This document shows positions 29,009-38,900 of a DNA stretch of 64,000 nucleotides, piece after piece. The position numbers and the translations under genes are program-made. The stretch covers positions 1 through 64,000 of the forward strand of contig JAUVXV010000009.1 in assembly GCA_030603365.1 (NCBI GenBank), written 5' to 3'. Under the pieces are notes generated by a model. That model worked only from the letters and a program-made list of their open reading frames with translations, had not been told where the DNA came from and ran no database searches. Origin of the DNA: Candidatus Heimdallarchaeota archaeon (GTDB lineage: Archaea; Asgardarchaeota; Heimdallarchaeia; Heimdallarchaeales; Heimdallarchaeaceae). Position 1 is the first letter of the stretch. Each line of letters begins with the position of its first letter.

Positions 29009-30196
29009 ATGTCTGAACAAGAAGATGGCGATTTTATTCGGAAAATCAAAAATTACGCTAAGAAATTTATCGCTGATATTGATGTTAAAGAAGTAGCAAT
29101 TTTATTTGTTTTTGGAATAATCATCTTTTTTGTATTCAAGATGATGTTCGGAGGTATTTTCGGTCTATCGCTTGTGGTAATAGAGAATGGTCCCTGTCCT
29201 AATTCTTCAATGTGCCCAACTTATGATAAAGGAGACATGTTTCTTATCAACAAAGTAGCACCAGAAAAAATCGAATTAGGTGATGTTATTGTTTATGAGA
29301 GTTCTTTTGATGGTAAGCTTATTATTCACAGAGTAATAAACATAACAATAGATGGCTCGGATTATACCTATAGAGTAAGCGGAGATAATTATGAAACAAA
29401 TGATCGAATCGATAGTTATGGTTCGTTTAATACACGTATCCCGTATGAAGCTGTAAAAGGTAAAACAGTTATGATTATACGCAAGGTGGGTTATCTTAGA
29501 TTGTGGTTCTCAGACAATCCTGTCATTCGTAATATCCTTTTAGTAATAGTTGTTGGAATAGGTGCATATCTGATTTTAGCTCCTGATAAGAAGTCAGAAG
29601 AGGAAAAAGCTAAGGAAGAGCAAGAAAAAACTGCTAAAGTAGAACAAGAGAAAAAAGAATTCAAACTAAGAGTGAAAGAATTCTTTGTTAATTCGTGGAA
29701 TAACACCAAAAAATGGTTTATTGAGCTTTTTACAGTAAAAAGAAAAAGAATAAAACTTATCATTTTTTGTTCAGTTATTTTGTTACTTGTTATCTTAATT
29801 CCAGTAATAGATCAAGGAATAAAAGTTCAAGGAGCAACAACTGGAATAGATGATATTTCAGGTTTGAATTTGGATGATTTTACATATTCTACAGAGAATA
29901 TTGTTTTCCTTTCATTCAATATCCACTATAGTCATGACGGTTCATGGAATGATGTTCTTAGGGACTTTTATGTTGAAGGTTTACAGAATGGGACAGTCAT
30001 AGGTACGTTTAGATGGAAAGCTCATTACCAACCTGAGGTTGATGGATTCATAGGAGGTTCATTAATTTTCGATATTAATGAGTTCGATGATGGTCAAAGT
30101 TTGACAATAAAGATTACTTATGATATTCAACATAAATTTGGTGCTGACGATGTTGGTCTTGTTTATCAGGAAACATTTACAGCATTAGATTGGTAA
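29009..30196 (+). CDS. Signal peptidase I (SEC11/S26B type) with C-terminal TM plus beta-sandwich extension
   Basis: SSMCPTYDKGD (Ser), IIHRV (His base), GDN, plus extra TMs and a roughly 130-aa domain. Confidence 0.88.
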   Translation: MSEQEDGDFIRKIKNYAKKFIADIDVKEVAILFVFGIIIFFVFKMMFGGIFGLSLVVIENGPCPNSSMCPTYDKGDMFLINKVAPEKIELGDVIVYESSFDGKLIIHRVINITIDGSDYTYRVSGDNYETNDRIDSYGSFNTRIPYEAVKGKTVMIIRKVGYLRLWFSDNPVIRNILLVIVVGIGAYLILAPDKKSEEEKAKEEQEKTAKVEQEKKEFKLRVKEFFVNSWNNTKKWFIELFTVKRKRIKLIIFCSVILLLVILIPVIDQGIKVQGATTGIDDISGLNLDDFTYSTENIVFLSFNIHYSHDGSWNDVLRDFYVEGLQNGTVIGTFRWKAHYQPEVDGFIGGSLIFDINEFDDGQSLTIKITYDIQHKFGADDVGLVYQETFTALDW

Positions 30197-30224
30197 AACA
30201 AAAATAGAAACGTGAGTTAAAATC

Positions 30225-31091
30225 TCACATATTTTCTTTCATCTTCATTGGTATTTCACTAGGTGTTCTGACAGTTGTTATCCCAGCCTCACTCAGAATT
30301 CTCATTTTTTCCTTAGCAGTTCCAGATTTTCCATGAACAATTGCACCAGCATGGCCCATCTGTTTTCCAGGAGGAGCAGTTTGTCCTGCGATAAACCCAT
30401 AAACAGGTTTAGTAATTTCCGCTTTCACTAAATCTGCAGCATCCTGTTCACCAGTACCACCTATCTCTCCAACTAAAACAATTTGTTTTGTTTGAGGGTC
30501 ATCTTCAAACCATTTTAGACACTCATTAAAATCTATCCCTTTTATCGGATCTCCACCTAATCCTACACAGGTTGATTGCCCGAATCCATTTATAGTAAGA
30601 TTCTGAATGATTTCATAAGTTAAAGTTCCACTTCTACTTACAATACCTACTTCACCTTTCTTACATATTTCACCAGGAATAATTCCTATTTTGCTAGCTT
30701 CAGGAGTAATTAAACCTGGACAATTGGGACCAACCATAGTTACGCCATTTTCCAATGCTCTTTGTTTAATTCTAACGGTATCTCTTACTGGTACCCCTTC
30801 AGTAATTACAGTCATTAGTTTGATTCCAGCATCAATTGCTTCAAGTGCTGCAGAATAGGTGAATCTTGCTGGTATGAAAATAACAGACGCAGTAGCTTGT
30901 GTTGCTTCAACAGCTTCTTTCATACTGTCATAAACTGGAACTCCTAAGTGCTCTTGTCCTCCTTTTCCTGGAGTTACTCCTGCAACAACAGTTGTTCCAT
31001 AATCAATCATTGAACGTGCATGGAAAGTTCCTTGTTTTCCAGTTATACCTTGGACAATAACTTTTGTATTTTCATCTAATAAAATAGCCAT
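30225..31091 (-). CDS. sucD: Succinyl-CoA synthetase alpha subunit
   Basis: [26 protein letters not shown]; start at MAILLD. Confidence 0.97.
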   Translation of the reverse strand: MAILLDENTKVIVQGITGKQGTFHARSMIDYGTTVVAGVTPGKGGQEHLGVPVYDSMKEAVEATQATASVIFIPARFTYSAALEAIDAGIKLMTVITEGVPVRDTVRIKQRALENGVTMVGPNCPGLITPEASKIGIIPGEICKKGEVGIVSRSGTLTYEIIQNLTINGFGQSTCVGLGGDPIKGIDFNECLKWFEDDPQTKQIVLVGEIGGTGEQDAADLVKAEITKPVYGFIAGQTAPPGKQMGHAGAIVHGKSGTAKEKMRILSEAGITTVRTPSEIPMKMKENM

Positions 31092-31092
31092 C

Positions 31093-32235
31093 TTAGTTTC
31101 CTCCCTTTGCAAGTTCTACAATTCTTTTCGCGGCTGGTTCCATTTTACCATAAGCATTAATTCCGTTATCCTCAAGGATTTGAATACCTAAATCATCATT
31201 TGTACCAACAAGACGAATTACCATTGGAACTTTAACATCAAATTTCTTCGAAGCATTGATAATGCCATTTGCAACATCATCACATCTGGTTATTCCAGCA
31301 AAGAAGTTTACAAATATACCCTTAATATCTTGTCTGGACAGAATTTCTAATGATTTTTCTATTTTGGCTTCATCAGCTCCTCCGCCTACATCTAAAAAGT
31401 TTGCAGGTGAACTACCATAAAAATCTAGCAAATCACACGTTGCCATTGAAAGACCCGCACCACCCGAAATAATTCCTATCTCTCCATCAAGTTGTACATA
31501 ACTTATGCCTGCTTGGTCAGCTTCAAATTCTAAATCAGTATGCCGATCTCTTTGAGATTTTAATGCTGCAATGTCAGGTTGACGATAATCTGCATTACCA
31601 TCAATTACCACCTTGGAATCAGCAGCAATTATCTTTTTTTCAGGTGTTAATATCAAGGGATTAATCTCTATTAGAGTTAAATCTCGTTTTTGTGCCATCT
31701 TAAACATGTTAGTCATGATGAATGTAAAGGATGTTAAAGTTCGAGCTTCGAATCCGAGTTTCTTACCCATATCCATGAACATGTAAGGAAGTGGTTCAGT
31801 AAATGCAGAATAGTATTCTTTGTAAATTTCATCTGGATATTTTTCTGCTACTTCCTCAATATCTACTCCTCCTCGAGAACTGGCAAGAACAAGATACTTT
31901 CCAGATGTATTATCTAACATAACAGAAAGATAAATCTCATTTGCAATCTCCATAGGTTGTTCAAGCATTACAATTTCGACTGGTTTTCCTCTATGATCTC
32001 TACCTAGAATACTTTGAATATATTCTTCTGCTTCAGTTGCTGATACTTTCTTAATTAATCCAGCTTTACCTCTTCCACCTGAAAGAGATTGAGCTTTAGC
32101 CATCATGATATCACTACCAAGTTCTTCAACAAAAGTTTTGATACTCTCTTCACTATCATAAGCTCTGAATTTTGGAACTGGTATCCCATTCTCTTTGAAT
32201 AATTGTTTTCCCTCAATTTCATAAAGCATTGGCAT
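31093..32235 (-). CDS. sucC: Succinyl-CoA synthetase beta subunit
   Basis: [43 protein letters not shown]. Confidence 0.96.
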   Translation of the reverse strand: MPMLYEIEGKQLFKENGIPVPKFRAYDSEESIKTFVEELGSDIMMAKAQSLSGGRGKAGLIKKVSATEAEEYIQSILGRDHRGKPVEIVMLEQPMEIANEIYLSVMLDNTSGKYLVLASSRGGVDIEEVAEKYPDEIYKEYYSAFTEPLPYMFMDMGKKLGFEARTLTSFTFIMTNMFKMAQKRDLTLIEINPLILTPEKKIIAADSKVVIDGNADYRQPDIAALKSQRDRHTDLEFEADQAGISYVQLDGEIGIISGGAGLSMATCDLLDFYGSSPANFLDVGGGADEAKIEKSLEILSRQDIKGIFVNFFAGITRCDDVANGIINASKKFDVKVPMVIRLVGTNDDLGIQILEDNGINAYGKMEPAAKRIVELAKGGN

Positions 32236-32345
32236 ATTGTGACCAACTGGCTTTGATATCTTTTTAAGGTCTTTGAAGTGAGCTTGGATTTAGAAAATTA
32301 AATGTCTGAAAATAAAGAAATGATGAAGGAAAAATATTGAAAAAG

Positions 32346-32660
32346 TTATTTTTTAACCATTTCTACTCTTTTAGTTCTTGGATATGATAGAACCCATCTC
32401 TTCCCACAATCGGGGCATGTCATCCTTAAATCAACTTTCTTAGAAGTTTTAGATGCCATTTTTGTTTGAGTGACTGGACGTTTACTGAATCTGCCTTGAT
32501 TACCATAACCTCTTCTTGTGCGCTTTTCTCTTCTAGCCATTGCACTGTATCCACCTTTTCTTCTGGAAGATTTCTCTTGTTTTACTTTCATATTCTTATG
32601 TTGTCCGCATTTTGGACAGTATTTGAACATTGTTTCTGGTATTTTGACCATTTGTGTCAC
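32346..32660 (-). CDS. rpl44e: 50S ribosomal protein L44e (eL42)
   Basis: YCPKCGQH, GYGNQG, KKVDLRMTCPDCG. Confidence 0.93.
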   Translation of the reverse strand: MTQMVKIPETMFKYCPKCGQHKNMKVKQEKSSRRKGGYSAMARREKRTRRGYGNQGRFSKRPVTQTKMASKTSKKVDLRMTCPDCGKRWVLSYPRTKRVEMVKK

Positions 32661-32715
32661 TCATCCTTTTGCTATGGTTAGAGTTTTTATTTGTTTCCTT
32701 TTTTGAGTTTATGAT

Positions 32716-33033
32716 TTAGATTTCTCTTAATGCTTGAATGTCTCTGAGATTTTGTATAGGAATGATTTGATAGGTTTTATTTGGTTGTGTTCTCCTGATG
32801 CTCAATGGGAGAACTTTGGTTCTTAATTCTAATTCAGCTATAACCAGTGGAGACTTATTCTCCATATCTTCCATAGAGAATAAAACTGGAGCACCCATAC
32901 TTAGCTGTAATGCACGAGCACCAACTATTCGGGCCCTTTCAAAACGAGTTAGACGATCTGGACCAATTTTTACTGTTTTTGAAACAATTTCCCTCTCTTC
33001 TTCATCCTCAACTGTACTAAGAGCCACCATCAA
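32716..33033 (-). CDS. rpoK: RNA polymerase subunit Rpo6 (K)
   Basis: [22 protein letters not shown]. Confidence 0.96.
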   Translation of the reverse strand: MMVALSTVEDEEEREIVSKTVKIGPDRLTRFERARIVGARALQLSMGAPVLFSMEDMENKSPLVIAELELRTKVLPLSIRRTQPNKTYQIIPIQNLRDIQALREI

Positions 33034-33370
33034 TCACCAAAACACGCCAAAGGCTACATCATTCAGACTTTACTTCATCTTAAAAATATTTAGTTATTGG
33101 GGAGAAATAATAGTCACAAACCCAACCCTTTATTGAATCTATTACTTAATCAAATAAGCAAAATCATAACGAAATTTTTTTAATGCCGACAAAAAAGCAA
33201 GAAAACAATCAAAATAAGGCGTAAGAAGCTTAAAAAGTCTAAATTTGTCTTGCATATCTGGAAAAACTTTAATAAGAATTTAACTCCAGACAACACAGAC
33301 AGAAGCAAGTCGAAAAGAAGACTTATTAAGTAACTACTAAAAGTAAAATAACTATACGGGATGTCAGTAC

Positions 33371-33934
33371 ATGAGCATGTTCGGGTCTTTTTCCTCATGG
33401 TTGAGAGCTAAGCTAAGTAGAGAGCAGAAGGCTAAGATATTGATATTAGGTTTAGATGCAGCAGGAAAGACCACTTTGACCCGATTTATGAGGTTTGGAA
33501 AATTTGCAGAAAATCTTACACCAACCATAGGACAGAATATTGAATCTTTTGAATTTGAAGGTTGGACAATTACTGCTATTGATGTTGCTGGTCAATCACA
33601 TTTCCGATTTTTGTGGGAGGCACATTATCCTGGTTGCAGCGCAGTTATCTTTGTCATTGATGCTGCAGACATAGAAAGGTTACCTGAAGCCAGAGATGTT
33701 CTAAAAACACATGTATTTAATAATCCGTATATGGAAAATGTCCCATCTTTGATTATGGCCAACAAACAGGACTTGCCTGGAGCCGTGGAAGCCCCCTTAC
33801 TCATTCAGATGTTGGGTCTTCATCTTGATTTGAAGGATCGTACTTTTGCTGTGTTTGATACAAGCATTCTCCATGGTAAAGGAATTAAAGAAGCATTCAT
33901 TTGGTTAGTAAATGAACTTGATACACATTTATAA
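33371..33934 (+). CDS. Arf-family small GTPase
   Basis: GLDAAGKTT, PTIG, DVAGQ, ANKQDLP; N-terminal amphipathic helix. Confidence 0.92.
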   Translation: MSMFGSFSSWLRAKLSREQKAKILILGLDAAGKTTLTRFMRFGKFAENLTPTIGQNIESFEFEGWTITAIDVAGQSHFRFLWEAHYPGCSAVIFVIDAADIERLPEARDVLKTHVFNNPYMENVPSLIMANKQDLPGAVEAPLLIQMLGLHLDLKDRTFAVFDTSILHGKGIKEAFIWLVNELDTHL

Positions 33935-33965
33935 TAAAATTCTCGTTTTTATTCTAAACTGTTTT

Positions 33966-35234
33966 CTATTTCTCTTTAAGAGTAAAATTAGAAACAAATC
34001 CACCTGAATTGTTGTTTGAGATAGGATCAAAATAAATTGATGATGTCTCTAACTGATCCTTTACCCCTTCATATAAATCAGGCACTTCTCTTGAGGTTAA
34101 TTTCTTTTGTTTCTTTAATCGACTTACTACTTCTGAGAGTTTAGAATTATTGTAATATGCTTTACTCAACGCATTTTTGAAAACACCTTCATTTTCTAAG
34201 TAATCTATAGAGTGCGTCACATAGGTAATCTCTGTTTCTTTGAGTAAACATCTGTAAAGATTTGAAACTAGTTTATTCTGATTTTCTGCAAAATGCCTAA
34301 GTTTTCCATACATGAGATTAGATGAAAAGATTGGTATAACCGCAGTTCTGGAATTCTGGGGTTCTACATAAACAGATGTATATTTGGTTTCTTGTCGGTG
34401 GTTAACAAATCCTGAAAATGAGGATTTCTGAACTCTGATTGCTTTAGATTTGCTTCTTTCCAGGGTTTTGTTGACCGCTTTAACCTGCATATCATTTTGA
34501 GCTATTACAGTTATAGGTACTTTATTTTGAGTTAATTCAGCGATATAACTAGCTACATCTCCCTTATCATTTGACATTACAAGAATGTTATCCTTCATTC
34601 CTAAAGACATTGATTTAATCCCAATAACTTGAATAGGAGATAAAATGCTGAAAAATCCTCGTCTATATGTGCTCATTTCACCTAATGGAGGAGCATAAGC
34701 TAAAGATTCTTCAACCCTTACAATAGATCTTTGAGTAAGCGTTGATATCTCTGAACTATTTACTTCGGAGGTTCCCTTAGCTAAAACATTACTAGCACCA
34801 TCAACAACACAAACATAATCCCCCGAATTGAAATCATCGTACCGCATAACATTTGCTGTTTGAACATCTTTTCCTAGTGCAATCCCTGTAGATGATTCAT
34901 GATCAACTCTAACTGTAGGTAAATCATCTAAGTTATCATCAAACTCCCTATTTACTACTTCAACTTCAATGAAATCATCAAACAATTCATGTTTCTTTGC
35001 AATAAACTCACGTTCATCAAAAATCTCTAAAAGTGAATCAAAATCAATTCTGTTGGTATTTACTTGTACCCACAAAGAATTCATTGGTTTTCTAAGATGG
35101 TCAATTAATTTTAGTACATAATCTAGTCCAAAATCATGTAACCAATGTTCAAGAAGAGTCCCAGAGTAACTGAATTTTCTTATTAACTCATGGAATATTC
35201 CTGCTGATTCCTCAGATTCATTATTAGAGTTCAT
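33966..35234 (-). CDS. RsmB/NOP2/NSUN6-like PUA-domain protein lacking catalytic cysteines
   Basis: VQVNT, PUA-like segment, motif IV reads EPQNS, motif VI reads THS...ENE, terminal GGFVS. Confidence 0.75.
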   Translation of the reverse strand: MNSNNESEESAGIFHELIRKFSYSGTLLEHWLHDFGLDYVLKLIDHLRKPMNSLWVQVNTNRIDFDSLLEIFDEREFIAKKHELFDDFIEVEVVNREFDDNLDDLPTVRVDHESSTGIALGKDVQTANVMRYDDFNSGDYVCVVDGASNVLAKGTSEVNSSEISTLTQRSIVRVEESLAYAPPLGEMSTYRRGFFSILSPIQVIGIKSMSLGMKDNILVMSNDKGDVASYIAELTQNKVPITVIAQNDMQVKAVNKTLERSKSKAIRVQKSSFSGFVNHRQETKYTSVYVEPQNSRTAVIPIFSSNLMYGKLRHFAENQNKLVSNLYRCLLKETEITYVTHSIDYLENEGVFKNALSKAYYNNSKLSEVVSRLKKQKKLTSREVPDLYEGVKDQLETSSIYFDPISNNNSGGFVSNFTLKEK

Positions 35235-35293
35235 TGTAGTAAGAAAATTGCGGTTTTTAGCTTTAAGAATATTAGTACAACTGTGAAATCACA

Positions 35294-35869
35294 TTGACTA
35301 CTAAACAAAAAGTTGAAAAAAGAGCTCTTTTTATTCAACCAGAGAATAGAATGGAACCATCTACCATCGTGAGACAAGCTGAACTTGGAGATATTAATGA
35401 TATTATCAAGATAAATAGAAAATGTCTCCCTGAAAACTACTCATTTGATTTCTTCTATAGAATATTGACTGAGTTTGGCTTTGCTTGTGCCGTAGGAGTT
35501 CACAAAGGAGAAGTAGTTGGTTATCTTCTTTCAAGAGTTGAAAGACCATTTGCAACTTTTCTAGGTTTAAACCCCTCTAAAGGTCATGTTATTTCAATAG
35601 CAGTTCTTCCTGAGCATAGAAGAAAGGGTTTTGGTAGTAAAATCATGAAATATGGTATGAAAAAACTCATAGAGAATAATGTTGAAACCATATATCTTGA
35701 AGTAAGAGTATCGAATGTAGCTGCAGTTGAAATGTATAAGAGACTTGGATACTACATCAAAAGAGAATTCAAGCACTATTATCGTGATGGAGAATCAGCT
35801 TTAGTTATGGAGTGGGGAAAGAAACAAGCTAACGAGGAAAAACAAGAAGAAATGACTGAAAATAGTTGA
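35294..35869 (+). CDS. Ard1/RimI N-terminal acetyltransferase
   Basis: CLPENY, GHVISIAV, HRRKGFG, LEVRVSN, YYRDGE. Confidence 0.93.
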   Translation: MTTKQKVEKRALFIQPENRMEPSTIVRQAELGDINDIIKINRKCLPENYSFDFFYRILTEFGFACAVGVHKGEVVGYLLSRVERPFATFLGLNPSKGHVISIAVLPEHRRKGFGSKIMKYGMKKLIENNVETIYLEVRVSNVAAVEMYKRLGYYIKREFKHYYRDGESALVMEWGKKQANEEKQEEMTENS

Positions 35870-35970
35870 TTCTTTAATTTCTGAATCAATCTTTATTTAC
35901 ATTTTTCAATATCAATTTCTATGTAATAATATTCTATATATACTAAAAACTAAGACAATAAATTGTCATT

Positions 35971-38900
35971 ATGACCATCCATTATTTAGATGAACCATCG
36001 ACCTCAGCTTCCATTTATTCCTTCCTAGCTGATGAAATCAAAGACTGGTTTACATCTAAGTTTCCTGGTGGTTTTACCCCCCCTCAGCTGTTTGCGATAC
36101 CATCTATCCACGAAAGAAGAAACACTCTGATTTTTAGTTCTACAGGTTCAGGAAAAACATTTGCAGCTTTTTTTGCAGCGATTAATGAGCTTTTCATTGA
36201 AGCCAAAGATGGGACATTGAAAGATGAGATATATGTTCTCTATATATCTCCATTGAAGGCATTAGGTAATGATATCAGAAAAAACCTCGAAGAACCTCTG
36301 CAAGGAATTCAAGAATTAGCTGCTTCTAATAATCTAGTAACTCCAAAGATTCGAGTTGGAGTAAGAACAGGAGATACTACTCAAGCAGAAAGGACTCAGA
36401 TGTTAAGAAAACCTCCTCACATCTTGATAACAACTCCTGAAAGCTTAGGTCTTATCATTACTTCTCCTAAATTCTCTGAACATCTTAAGAGTGTTCGATG
36501 GATAGTTCTTGATGAGATTCATGAAGTTAGTTCCAATAAAAGAGGAGTCTTTCTCTCATTGTGTCTAGAATATCTACAACTGGAACTAGCTAATAAACAA
36601 ATTACTCGAATAGGCTTATCTGCAACCCAAGCTCCGATAGAAGAAATAGCACGATTTCTTGTAGGATTAGATGATAAAGGAAAAGAAAATGAATGTTATA
36701 TAGCTAATTTACCCCCGCAGAGAAAACTAGATTTGGAAGTGAAAAGTCCAGTTAACGACCTACTCCATACCCCCTATATTATGATTCAAGAGGGAATTTA
36801 CAATCTTCTATCTGATTTGATTCTAGATCATGAAACATCTATAATATTCACGAACACGCGTAAAGGTGCTGAAAGTGTTTCGTTCAAGCTTAAGGAATAT
36901 CTTGGGGATGAATATGCTCCTTCAATTGCTGTTCATCATTCTAGTCTCTCAAGAGAAATAAGATTAGATGTAGAGGACAGACTGAAGAATAATGAGTTAC
37001 TTGCAGCTGTTACATCAACTTCTTTAGAACTAGGTATAGATATTGGTAGCGTTGAATTAGTTGCTCAAATAGGTTCACCAAAAACTGTTGCTAAATATCT
37101 TCAGAGAGTAGGGAGAAGCGGGCATTCATTAGATCGAATTGCAAAAGGACGATTAATAACAACTGATAGAGATGATGCTATTGAATGTGCAGTTTTGACT
37201 AAGAGTGCATATAGCAGAGAAATAGATAAGGTTCAGATACCCCATGATTGTTTAGATGTTCTAGCACAATTTTTAGTAGGAATATCCTTAATGAAAAGAT
37301 GGAATGTTGATGAAGCTTATACCATGATAAGAAAATCATATAACTATCATTCTTTGGATTTTGACGATTACCTGAAGGTTTTGGAATATCTGGGAGGTTA
37401 TAATCTAGAAGTTGAGGAAAGAAAAATTTACAGAAAAATTTGGTATGATCACAAAGAAAATGCTTTTGGCAAGAAGAAAGGTTCACGATTAACATTTTAC
37501 ACCAATCTCGGAACGATCCCAGAAAATGCAGATTATAGAGTTGAATTGGAAACCTATAGAACAAGATTAGGTTCATTATCTGAAGGTTTCGTGGAAAGAT
37601 TAACCCCAGGAGATGTTTTTGTTTTAGGGAGTCACACATATCAGTTCAAGAGAACAGTGGGATCAAGGGTTGTAGTTTCTGAAGCCTTTGGTAAACGTCC
37701 AACTATACCGAATTGGGTAGGAGAAGAACTTCCTAGATCATATGAGCTATCACAACAAATAGGACGGTTCATTGAAGCTGTATCTCAAAAAATCCAAAAA
37801 GACGATGAAAATTCAGTTATTGAATGGATAGAAAGATCTTTTCAGGTAGACAATGTTATAGCTAAAACTGTTGTACAATATGTTAAAGAACAATTGATGT
37901 TTCTTAACATTACACCTAGTGCTAAGAAGCTGCTGATAGAATCTTTTATCGATCCACAAGGAAGGACGATTCTTGTTTTTCACGCTTATTACGGAAGAAG
38001 AGTAAACGATGCTCTTTCTCGAGCGTTTGCATATAAAATAGGAATTCATCTTGATTCAGACATAGGTTCAGCTGTCAATGATAATGGCTTCGTCTTAATG
38101 TTACCTGTTGATAAGATAATAGATACTTCTATCATACCTGACTTACTGACAGTTGACAATTTAGAAGATACGCTCAAACAAGCAATAATAAACACAGAGC
38201 TTTTCTTGACTCGATTTAGACATGTTGCCAATAGATCATTAATGATTTTAAGAAGAAGCAGAGAAAGACATATTCCTGTTTCTCGGCAAACAATGTATGC
38301 AAGAAGAATATTCACTACATTAAGAAACATGGATGATTTCTGTGTAATCAAAGAGACATATAGAGAAATACTTCGAGATTATATGGATTTAACCAACAGT
38401 CTAATAGTTCTAGATAAACTGCAGAAAGGTGATTTTGAGTATTCGATTACCCCCTTATCAGATATACCCAGTCCTTTTGCTCATGGAATAGTACTATTAG
38501 GTATTTCTGATATTGTTCAAATCTCTGATAGAAGTGCTTTATTGAGAGAGCTTCATCAGCAAGTTCTGGCAAAAGTATTTGGCAAAGAGGGAACAAAGGA
38601 GATTTTATTCAATGAAGAACTAGTTACAAGAATATTCAATAATCGTAGCTATAGAAATGAAGCTCTTCCTATATCGTCTATAAAGCAATTAAGATCTGCT
38701 ATAAAATCTTTAGCCCCTATAAAGTCATTAGAAAGCGTTCACCCAAGTATATATCATTTAAGTATAGGAGACCTAAAACAGATACAAAGTTGGTCTTTAG
38801 CTCTTCATAATTCTGGAGAATTTATTGAGATTTATGTCAGTAAAGGTGATAGACGTTCAATACCTATTAATGATTTTCATCTTTATTGGAACTTATATGT

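Noticed and set aside
33180-33398. 72-aa minus-strand ORF or Lys-rich plus-strand frame upstream of the Arf gene
   Set aside because: No recognisable motifs, overlaps the Arf start, and the plus-strand frame lacks a start codon; likely promoter region
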